A DNA stretch of 57,263 nt from Prorocentrum cordatum (Eukaryota): NCBI GenBank assembly GCA_963575745.1, contig CAUYUJ010000039.1, positions 62,001 through 119,263 of the forward strand, written 5' to 3'. Numbering within the stretch: position 1 is the first letter of the stretch; each line of letters begins with the position of its first letter. The notes under the pieces are model-generated. The model did no database searches, was not told the origin of the DNA, and was given only the letters and a program-made list of their open reading frames with translations. The translations under genes and the position numbers were made by a program. Below are positions 11,962 to 22,244 of the stretch, one piece after another.

Positions 11962-13211
11962 CCGACCGTCGCCGTACTAGTGCAGGGTCCCGAATGGACC
12001 GCTCCTTGTGGTCTCTTGAGCCCGTTCTCAGGCCGTCTTAGGGGCCCCCTGGGCCGTCTTTGGGCCCTCTGGGGCAATCTTGGTCCCTCTGTGCAATATG
12101 TTTGTGGGCGGTCGGGGGGCCCTGTTGGGCTGTGTTGGGGCCCTCTTGGGCCGACAGGAGCCCCTCTGGAGGCCCTCTTGGAGCGTCTTGGGGCTGTCCT
12201 GGGCTCCTGTTGGGACGTCCTGGGCTCGTTTTGGGATGACCCTCGTTGGCGCCGATTTGGCCATCTTGGAGTGATGTCGGTGGCTTTTTCGGCTGTCCCG
12301 AGCGCTCTGGAGACAGAGAGGCCGAGCATGCGAAAATGGCGCCGGAACCCAAGAAACACGGAGAAGTCTTGCCTCCCGGGGGCCTCCTGGGAGTCGCCTT
12401 CGGGGAGCTCGTTGGGCCATCGAGTGGCCATCTTGGGTACCTCTTGGGTCGTCCCAGGCCCCTCGTGGTCGTCTTGAGGCGCTCGTCGGGCCTCCAGGGC
12501 CATCCTGGGGCCGTCCTGGGCCGTCCTTGAGCGCTACAGAACCAGCCTCGCCGACCGCACCCGAAGTTGTCGGGGGCGGCCAAGAGGGGGGTGATGACCA
12601 GGGGGGCTGTGGATCTCATGGCGGGGGCCATAATATTGTAGTGGCCTGCGGCCAGTGCCGCCGATCCGGGGCGCTTTTGATGCTACTGTTGGGAGGGACA
12701 ATGACGACGAGGAGGAGGGAGGAGGAGGAGGAGGAGGAGGGGGAGGAGGAAGAGGAGGCTGATGATGACGATGACGATGACGGTGAAGTTTACGATCATG
12801 TAGTGGCCTTCGGCCAATGCCGCCACCGTGCCTGGGTGGTGTCGGAGGGCTCTTCAGTGTTTGTTGGGATCTCGTGGTAGGTCTCTCGGGTGCCTCATGG
12901 GTACACTCTTGAGGCATCCTTGGGGCCGTTGTGGGGACCATCGGGGCCACTTTCGAGAATCTTGGGGGCCTCTTCTGGGCTTCTTGGGTCCTGCTAGGGA
13001 CCTCTGGGGACACTCTTGGGGGCCTCCTGGGGCCTCCTGGGGGCTGTGGAGGCCGAGGGCTCGAGATTTCCGTCTGGGTTCCCCGTCCGGCTCCCCTCTT
13101 GGAGCCGTCCTGAGAGCCTCTGGGGCCGTATTGTTTCTTTTTGGGGGGCAGTCTTGGGGCTCTCTTGGGCCGTCTTGGGGCCATTTTGGGAGCCTCTTGG
13201 GCCGTGTTGGG

Positions 13212-13432
13212 CCGTACATGGACATTATATTCGAACCCTGTGGCCCAAGATGCCCCCCCGAACCCCCGAATTTAATATTGATGGCGTGGCGACGGGGGGG
13301 GCGTGAGTGGACAGAAATATTCGAACCCCAAAGCACCGCCTTTGCTGAGATCAACATTGATGTCGGGGGCGCGGGGGTGATTCAGAATCTCCCTCGAATG
13401 TGTGAGGGTTCGAATATATTGTCCATCTACTG
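13212..13432 (+). mobile_element. 221-bp TIR element (MITE), left boundary copy
   Basis: 28-bp TIRs with 3 mismatches: CCGTACATGGACATTATATTCGAACCCT versus the reverse complement CAGTAGATGGACAATATATTCGAACCCT. An internal third motif TGGACAGAAATATTCGAACCC. Apparently identical to 27896-28116. Confidence 0.85.
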
Positions 13433-14269
13433 TCCATGGCAAGGTTTGTGTAGTTCTGCACATTGCTCAAAGCGACCCTCATAAATCCAAGATCCCATGA
13501 CTTGGGGGAGAAGGTGGAGGAGGAAGCGAAGGATGAGGAGGATAAGGATCAGGATGAGGAGGAAGAGGAGGATGGGGATGAGGATGAGGATGCGGAGGAC
13601 AGGAACAGTAGTGAGAGACAGGAGGAATGAGAAGGATGAGGATGGGAGGTGGTGGGGAGGAGGATCAAGCGGTGGAGCGTGGAGGATTTCTAAGCAGGTG
13701 CGGGAGGAGTGAATCAGAGGAGGCAGGGACGAAGAGGCGATGGGAGGGGAAGAGAGGGCATGGGGAGGAGGGGAGGGGAGGGGAAGGGAACGGGGAGGGG
13801 AGGGGATCGGAGGGGGCCGAAAGAGGGATGGAAGGAGACGGTCCTGTGAAGGGCTGCCTTGGGCCGTCCTGGAGGCCTCGGAGGCCCCATGGATTACCGG
13901 AGCTGCGGGAAGTTCGATTTTGCCTGCCCAGGGTTACATGTTGCTGTCGTCCCACCGTCCACAACAGACATCGGGTGCATTATCGAAAGCTGGAGACGGT
14001 CCTGTGGAGGGCTGCCTTGAGCCATCCTGAGGCCTCCGAGGCCCCATCGTTCCCCAGGCTGCGAACGGGTCGGTTTATTCCTACCCAGGGTGATATAGTC
14101 AGCGCATACACATGATTGCGATTTTTTCTCTGCACATGCTGTTCCTTCGTTCGCCGTCCTTGGGTCCTGGGTTACCACGCTCCCTTCATCGTCGCCATGG
14201 CAGATGGATAGGCGCTTGCTCGTGATATTGATGGGGGCGTTGTCTGGTAGGCTTTCAGGAAAGCAGCTG

Positions 14270-14740
14270 GCGAGGCAGCCAACAAGGCAGCCAACGAAGC
14301 AGCCTACGAGGCACCCAGCGAGGCGGCCAACGAGGCCTCCGACGAGGCAGCCCGCGGGGCAGCCAAAAAAACAGCCGTCGAGGCAACTGGCGAAGCAGCC
14401 AGCGAGGCGGCCAACGAGGTAGCCCACGAGGCACGAGGCAGCCAACGAGGTAGCCCACGAGGCAGCCAGCCAGGCAGCGAGGCGGTCGACAGGGCAGCCA
14501 GCAAGGCAACCAACGAGGCCACCGAGCACAAGCAACCAACGAGGCAGCCAACGAGACAACCAACGAGGCAGCCAACGAGACAACCAACGAGGCAGCCAAC
14601 GAGACAGCCAACAAAGCAGCCAACGAGGCAGCCATCGAGGCAGCCAGCAAGGCAGCCAACAGGCAGCCGAGCAGGCAGGCCACCAGGAACCAGGCAGCCA
14701 ACGATACAGCCACAGGGCAGCCGACGAAGCAGCAGCGAGG
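14270..14740. repeat. ~12-bp GAGGCAGCCAAC minisatellite (unit 1; shorter array at ~21545-22000 in unit 2)
   Basis: Direct reading. Confidence 0.85.
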
Positions 14741-14983
14741 GGGGATCCCAAAATGGATCCCCCTTGCGCACCTGCGCGCGCATGTCGCGCAGATCTAGAC
14801 CATTTTCACGGACAGAAGCCACCCGAACCTATGGCGCTACTAATGGAAAAAAGGGCATCCGAGATATAGGATGCCCTCGCTCACTGGACTGCATCCATTT
14901 TCAGGATGCCCCCGTTGGAAGGATGACCGCAGCGCTTTCTGGACCGAGCGCATTTGGCCCGTCGTTGTCTCCACAGCCGGAGA

Positions 14984-16203
14984 ATGTCGCCGAAATCCTT
15001 CACTCATGTATCTGCCGACGAGCACGTCGCAATGCGCCGCTTGCATGACAGCGGCATGGGCGTCAAGAGGATCGCCGCGGCCTTGAGCCGCTCCACGGAC
15101 ACCGTCTCGAAGCATTTGTTCAAAAAGAACACGACCAAGAAGTCCAAGGGCCGCCCGAAGCATTCCATCCGCACCCCCAAAGGGTTTCTCGCTGCCCAGC
15201 GCGCTTACAAGAAGCTTCTGAAGTCCTCGGGCGGCACAAAGGAAGTGACGGCAGCCATGCTGAAGTCCGAGATGAAGTTGAAATGCGACATCAAGACAGT
15301 GCGCCGCGCGTTTGCTGAGAATGGCTACCAGTTCCGCCCGCTGTACGAGAAGCCTGACCTTTCTGATAGGGACAAGAAGGAGCGCCTGCAGTGGGCCCGC
15401 GAGCACAAGCACCGGAGCCCCAGCCAGTGGTCACAGTACGTCCACGCGTGCATGGACAACAAGGTGTTCCAGGTGCTGCCCAATGCGAAGTACAGGAAGG
15501 TGGCGGCAAAGCGCAAGGTTCGCGGGGTGTACAGGAAGCGCAAGCGGGACTTCTCCGTGGGCCACGTCAAGCCGAGCAACCCTAAGGTTCTCGGGCTGGC
15601 GCAAATCGGAGACCGCGCCGCGGCCACTCAGCGCCAGGCCAGTGGCCGACGGCGCGCTCTGATTTGGCTCGCCCCCAGGTTCTGAAGCAGAGTTCGGGCA
15701 AGGGCTCCGTGACCATCGCGTGCGCCATCGGCGCGGGCAAGGTGTTGATGTGGCACCAGGTGGTCGGCAGGTGGAACGCCGCAGCCGCGGGGCGAATGTA
15801 CTCGGGGGCGCTCCAGCCCGCTTTGAAGAGGGCCTACCCTTCCGTGCGCGGCAAGTTCCGCGTCATGGAAGACAACGACCCCACGGGCTACAAATCTCGC
15901 TCGGGCATGGCGGCGAAGAAGTCCGCTGGCATCCAGACGTTGGACTTGCCGAAGCGGTCCCCTGATCTGATGCCGCTTGATTTCGCCTTCTGGGCCAATC
16001 TGAACAAGCGCATGAGGGGGCAGGAGAAGGACTGGCCCGCGAGCAAGACGGAGACGCGGGCGCAGTACCTGGCCCGGCTGCGCCGCACGGCGTTGGCGAC
16101 GCCTTCTGAGTACATCCACAGCATCATGGGCAGCCTGCGCAAGCGCTGCGGCTTGTTGGTCGAGGCGAAGGGCGGCCACTTCGCCGAGGGCGGTGGGAAC
16201 TGA
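14984..16203 (+). CDS. IS630/Tc1/mariner transposase, DD35D, 375 aa; exons 14984-15586 and 15679-16203
   Basis: N-terminal HTH (GVKRIAAALSRSTDTVSKHL), KPDLSDRDKKERLQWAREH linker, and catalytic motifs CMDNKVF / MEDNDP / SPDLMPLDFAFW. C-terminal RCGLLVEAKGGH. A 92-nt phase-0 GT-AG intron joins the two ORFs in frame. Confidence 0.9.
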
Positions 16204-16526
16204 GCGCGCGCGCGGTTTCCTCGGGCGGCCGCGGCGCGATTCGCGGCGGGCCAGGGCGGCGGGCGACCGCGGCGCAGACCGCAGCGGGCCGGGGCGGCGG
16301 GCGGCCCGTAGCGGCCCGCGCCTCGGTTGACCCGCGCGAGCGACGTGGGGCGCGGGAAGGGAGCCAGTCGCGGTCCACGATCAAGACCAATCCGTGCGTC
16401 CACCGCCCTTGCGGCTACAGGGCCAGCAGACGTAGTCGAAAGTACATGATCTTGGCATTCTGATTCTGTCCGCCGAGGCCCCCCAGGCGCCAGCGCCCTG
16501 GCGGCCCCAGAGAGCCCCTCGCACGA

Positions 16527-16752
16527 AACATGCAGCAAAAAACATAGTGAACCAACAGTGAACCAACAGTGAACCAACAGTGAACCTTCGTAAAAACCAT
16601 AGTGAACCTCGAATTCTATTTAAAAAAGAGTAGGGAATTTCTTTTTTATAGAAAATTGAGGTTCACTATGTAATTTGCAATGGTTCACTGTTGGTTCACT
16701 GTTGGTTCACTGATGGTTCACTGTAGGTTCAGCGTGGTTTTTATGCATGTTT
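16527..16752. promoter_or_regulatory. Nested palindrome of 11-bp iterons around an AT-rich hairpin; putative replication origin / protein-binding array
   Basis: (AGTGAACCAAC)x3 + AGTGAACC, then CATAGTGAACCTC, an AT-rich stem-loop, GAGGTTCACTATG, and four GGTTCACTG units at 11-bp spacing. Outer AAACATGCA/TGCATGTTT. The structure is certain; the function is inferred. Confidence 0.6.
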
Positions 16753-17083
16753 GCACATGCCCAACAATGCCGCGCGAGTGGCATCCATGGACAGGATCCG
16801 CCGACCCCGCCGAGAGGTGCAGGGGGTGCGCCAGGCGCGCCAAGTGCGCCGCGTGCGACAGGTGCGCGGCACGCGACAGGTGGGCCACACGCGCCAGGTG
16901 AACGGGGCGCGCCCAAGTGCGACAGGTGCGCAGACGACGCCAGGTGCAACGAGCTCCCCAACTGAGCAGCCAGGCGGCGGTTTACGATGCCCCCGAAGAC
17001 CCCGACGGTCCGCATTGCGTTTTTCTCTGTAGCCTGTCGGCTCAGCGGGGCGGGGGCTGGCCCTGGCCGTGTCGCGCCGGGGG

Positions 17084-18618
17084 ATGGCGCTCTCGGTGGA
17101 CAGGCCAGAGAAGCGCCGCAGGCTCGTGGGGAAGCAGAGCCAGCAGACGGCGCTCCTCGAGCACGTCGTCGGCGAGGAGAACAGGAACGCCTCGCGGGAG
17201 GTCTACTTGGTGACTCTGCCGCACACGGACAAGGAGGGTCTCAGAGCGCCAGCGGCTTTCTCGCGGGAGGAGGTCCGCGACGCTTTCCTGGATTGCTGCG
17301 GCGCTCCGGACGCCGACCCCGCGTGGCTCGCAAGCCACCGCGGGCAGGGGGCCGCGCCCGTCGGGGTCAAGAAGCTGGTGGTATTCAAAGAATACCACGC
17401 GCCAGTGGCAGGCGTCCGGCGGGCGCACTACCACGTGGCCTTGCACCTGGGCAAGAAGAGCAAGTTCCTGACCGTGAAGCGGGCCTTGCTCAACAGGTAC
17501 CAACTCGCCTCTCACTGGTCCTGCAGCCACGACGGGTACTGGTCGGCCGTCGGGTACTGCGCGAACGCGACGCCCAAGAAGCCGCGGAGCGCCCTGGACG
17601 TTGACTACATGGCTTGGCCCGCGGACCACCCGCCGCTGTCCGCGGCGAAGAGGGAGCCGACGACCGCCCGCGCTTTGGAGAAGCGCAGGACCGCGCGGGA
17701 GCAGGTCGAGGGCGAGAAGGGGAAGCCAGAGCCTCGCGTCGAGGAAGTGGACCTGTGGCCGATAGTGGTCAGGTCTGGGATCCGGAATACTCCGGACGAC
17801 CCCACGCAGTGCGCAAGTTGATGGCGTACGCTAAGACGTCCTGCTCGCACAAGGTGGTTGCCTGGATGTTCAAGAACGAGCACGTGCTGGAGAAGATCAT
17901 CGACAAGGCCTGGGCGTGGGAGAACGTGGGCAACTTCCTCGAAGACGCGACGAAGCCCGTCATGCAACAGTTCAAGGAGGCCTTGCGGACGCCTTGCGTT
18001 TGCGGCGGCCGCTGGTTGCACCACGTCCGCGAGAGCCTGTCGATGAATCGCACCGACGTCCCCGACCTCTGCAGCAGTACCTTGATGTCCCTGAAGCACG
18101 GTCGGTCCGAGGCGGCCCCGGTGGTCAGCTTGGCTGGGCGCTTCGGCGGAGAGGGGAAGTCTCTTCTCTTCTCGGCGGTGCGGCCGCTGTTCGGCGGTGA
18201 GCACGTGTAGGAGAGGCCAGGCGGGGGGCAGTTTTGCCTCCACGGCTTGGACAAGGCCAAGGCCGCGGTGCTGGACGAGTGGATGTTCATCGATGAGGAC
18301 CTCCCCCTGTCCATCCAGCTCCTGTGGCTGGAGGGCAAGCCCGTGCCCATCACCATGCCCCAGAACCAGCACGTCGGGCACAAGGTGTACATGGGGTCCG
18401 CCCCGATTTTTGTCACCTGCCCCGAGACGGCGCTGGCGGGCCTCTCGTCCGAGTCGTCGCAGCGCCCGCAGGGGCAGGCTGGCATGCTGCTCCGGCGGCT
18501 GAAACTGTATTTATTCACTGTGCCGATTCCCAAGCCGCCGGCCCCGAAGCTAGTGCCGTGCCCGCGCTGTTTCTCGACCCTCGTCACAAGCGAGGCTCTT
18601 AAGTTCAAGCCCAAGTAG
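17084..18618 (+). pseudogene. Rep (HUH + SF3 helicase), disrupted copy
   Basis: Near-identical to 24357-25892, but has a 1-bp deletion in a C-run at ~17800 and CAG>TAG at 18208-18210. Confidence 0.85.
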
Positions 18619-19029
18619 TCCTGCCGCGTGCGATTGGGGTCGCTGCGCGCAGACATCATCACCATCGTCGTCATCATCACTGTCGCCAGTATCGTCGTTG
18701 CCACACCTCGTTGCCCCATCGGGAACTCCACGGAAGGCCCCGATGGCCGAGTCCGCATGCCGCGCCCCGACAATTTCGGCAGACCCCTAGAGCGTTGCAC
18801 GACCGCCACGGGCACGTCGTGCTTCTGGCCCGGCACGACTACGACCATCATCGTCGGCGCTGTCAGTGCTGTCGCCTCTGGGTCCGTCCGTCAGTCCGCG
18901 TGGAGCCTCTTTGGGGGTCGTCTTGGAGCCACCGTGGATCTTCGTAAGGCCCCCCTGGAGGCCCTCTCGGGCGAGGTCTACGCCAGAGGCCCCCTGTTGC
19001 ATTCCATTCGATTCCATTCATTCCCAACT

Positions 19030-20370
19030 CCTTCGCACGCCCCCCACTCCTTCCCAGTCCTCGCCACTCCCCTGCAGTCGTCCGCACCCCACCGCAGTCA
19101 GCCAACAAAAACTCCGAAACCTCTCATTCCTCCACGCCCCTCCGCACTCTTCCCAACTCCTCCACGCCCTTCCGCACTCCACCCGAAACCTCCGCAACCG
19201 CCCCACTCCCCCCCACCCCTCCGCACTCCTCCCGAACCTTCCGCAACCGTCCCATTCCTCCAGACCCCTCCGCAGTCTTCCCAGAACCTCCGCAATCCTG
19301 CCATTCTCTCCGCCCCTCCGCACTCTTCCCGAACATCCGCAACTCTCCCATTCCTCCACACCCCTCCGCATTCTTCCCCAAACCTTCGCAACCCTCCCAT
19401 TCCCCCACATCCCTCCGCACCCCTCCCGAAACCTCTGGAGCCCTTCCAATTCTCTCCGCCCCTCCGCACTCCTCCCGAACATCCGCAATCCGTCCCACTC
19501 CCCCCCACCCTGCGCACTCCTCCCAAACCTTCCGCGACCGTCCCAGTCCTCCACGCCCCCTCCGAACTCCTCCCGAAATCTCCGCAATCCTGCCATGTCT
19601 CTCCACCCCTCCGCACTCCTCCCAAAACCTCTACAACCCTCCCATTCCTCCACATCTCTCCGCACTCCTCCCGACACCTTCGCAACCCTTTGATCCTTCC
19701 ACATCCCTCCGCACTCCTCCCAGACATCCGCACCTCCCCCATTCCTCCAGACCCCTCCGCACTCCTCCCGAAACCTCCACAACCCTCCCGTTCCTCCACA
19801 TCCCTCCGCACTCCTCCCGAAACCTCCGGAGCCCTGCCATGTCTCCCCACTCCCCGCACTCCTCCCGGGACATCCGCACCTCCCACATTCCTCCACGCCC
19901 CTCCGCACTCCTCCCGAAACTTCCGCAACCCTCCCATGCCTCCACATCCCCTCGCACTCCTCCCAAACCTTGTGAAACCGTCCCATTCCTCCCCACTCCT
20001 CCGCACACCTCCCGAAAGAGACCTCCGCAACCCTCCCATTCCTCCACGCCCTTCCGCACTCCTCCCGACACCTTCGCAACCCTTTCATCCTTCCACATCC
20101 CTCCGCACTCCTCCCAAACCTTCTGCAACCGCCCCATTCCTCCCCACCCCTTCCGCACTCCTCCCGAAAGAGATTTCCTCCACCCTCCCATTCCTCCCCA
20201 CCCATCCGCACTCCCCCCGAAACCTCCGCAACCCTCCCAGTCCTCCCCACGCCTCCGCACTCCTTCCTCACCTCCCACAACCGTCCCATTTCCCCTCAAC
20301 CCTCCGCACTCCTCCCAATCCTGTGGGGTTCTCCCATTCCTCCAGACCCTTCCGCACTCCTCCTGAAACG
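19030..20370. repeat. ~49-bp C-rich minisatellite (CCCTCCGCACTCCTCCCGAAACCTCCGCAACCCTCCCATTCCTCCAC...)
   Basis: Direct reading. The counterpart at ~26290-27552 is shorter. Confidence 0.9.
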
Positions 20371-20553
20371 TCTCACCCCTTGCCCCAGCGTCTTACGCCC
20401 AGGAGCGGAACCTCCATCTTCCTCCTATTCCTTCTCCTCGTTCTCCTCCCCCCTCCTCCCTCTTGTTCCTCATTCCTCCTTGAGGGTTGTGGGTGATGAT
20501 GATGCTGCTGCTGATGATGCTGATACTGATGATGGTGATGATGGTGATGATGG

Positions 20554-20588
<35 letters not shown>

Positions 20589-22244
20589 GTGGAGATGATG
20601 CCGCCGATGAGGGCGATTCTGATTGTAATGCTGACGTTTGTGGCATCTGTACAGTCTCCTCCTCTCCCTCCTCCCTACTCCCACCTGCAAAACAAGATGG
20701 GGGACCTCCATGGCAAGGTTTGTGTAGTTCTGCACATTGCTCAAAGCGACCCTCATAAATCCAAGATCCCATGACTTGGGGGAGAAGGTGGAGGAGGAAG
20801 CGAAGGATGAGGAGGATAAGGATCAGGATGAGGAGGAAGAGGAGGATGGGGATGAGGATGAGGATGCGGAGGACCAGGAACAGTAGTGAGAGACAGGAGG
20901 AATGAGAAGGATGAGGATGGGAGGTGGTGGGGAGGAGGATCAAGCGGTGGAGCGTGGAGGATTTCTAAGCAGGTGCGGGAGGAGTGAATCAGAGGAGGCA
21001 GGGACGAAGAGGCGATGGGAGGGGAAGAGAGGGCATGGGGAGGAGGGGAGGGGAGGGGAAGGGACCGGCGAGGGGAGGGGATCGGAGGGGGCCGAAAGAG
21101 GGATGGAAGGAGACGGTCCTGTGAAGGCCTGCCTTGGGCCGTCCTGGAGGCCTCGGAGGCCCCATGGATTACCGGAGCTGCGGGAAGGTCGATTTTGCCT
21201 GCCCAGGGTTACATGTTGCTGTCGTCCCACCGCCCACAACAGACATCGGGTGCATTATCGAAAGCTGGAGACGGTCCTGTGGAGGGCTGCCTTGAGCCAT
21301 CCTGAGGCCTCCGAGGCCCCATCGTTCCCCAGGCTGCGAACGGGTCGGTTTATTCCTACCCAGGGTGATATAGTCAGCGCATACACATGATTGCGATTTT
21401 TTCTCTGCACATGCTGTTCCTTCGTTCGCCGTCCTTGGGTCCTGGGTTACCACGCTCCCTTCATCGTCGCCATGGCAGATGGATAGGCGCTTGCTCGTGA
21501 TATTGATGGGGGCGTTGTCTGGTAGGCTTTCAGGAAAGCAGCTGGCGAGGCAGCCAACAAGGCAGCCAACGAAGCAGCCTACGAGGCACCCAGCGAGGCG
21601 GCCAACGAGGCCTCCGACGAGGCAGCCCGCGGGGCAGCCAAAAAAACAGCCGTCGAGGCAACTGGCGAAGCAGCCAGCGAGGCGGCCAACGAGGTAGCCC
21701 ACGAGGCACGAGGCAGCCAACGAGGTAGCCCACGAGGCAGCCAGCCAGGCAGCGAGGCGGTCGACAGGGCAGCCAGCAAGGCAACCAACGAGGCCACCGA
21801 CACAGCACCCGGCAAGGCAACCAACGAGGCAGCCAACGAGACAACCAACGAGGCAGCCAACGAGACAGCCAACAAAGCAGCCAACGAGGCAGCCATCGAG
21901 GCAGCCAGCAAGGCAGCCAACAGGCAGCCGAGCAGGCAGGCCACCAGGAACCAGGCAGCCAACGATACAGCCACAGGGCAGCCGACGAAGCAGCAGCGAG
22001 GGGGGATCCCAAAATGGATCCCCCTTGCGCACCTGCGCGCGCATGTCGCGCAGATCTAGACCAATTTCACGGACAGAAGCCACCCGAACCTATGGCGCTA
22101 CTAATGGAATAAAGGGCATCCGAGATATAGGATGCCCTCGCTCACTGGACTGCAGCCATTTTCAGGATGCCCCCGTTGGAAGGATGACCGCAGCGCTTTC
22201 TGGACCGAGCGCATTTGGCCCGTCGTTGTCTCCACAGCCGGAGA

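Larger units (their letters stand above)
13433..20706 (+). mobile_element. Tandem unit 1 (7274 bp): transposase + iteron palindrome + Rep + satellites
   Basis: Begins TCCATGGCAAGGTTTG and ends CAAGATGGGGGACC. Repeated directly from 20707. Confidence 0.85.

Noticed and set aside
16600..16670. Canonical CRESS nonanucleotide (TAATATTAC/TAGTATTAC) in a hairpin loop
   Set aside because: Not seen in this loop or in the hairpins at 14740-14909, so the origin assignment remains inference.
16751..17032. Arg-rich ORF as a capsid N-terminus or DNA-binding protein
   Set aside because: Short, explained by the CAGGTG repeats, and not followed by a jelly-roll-sized ORF.
18628..20496. 622-aa Pro-rich ORF and similar long ORFs (26031-27551, 32878-33918, 35240-36607, 40027-41352, 41630-42541)
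   Set aside because: These are stop-free translations of satellites and microsatellites; the frame and start of the 622-aa ORF are not conserved between the two units.
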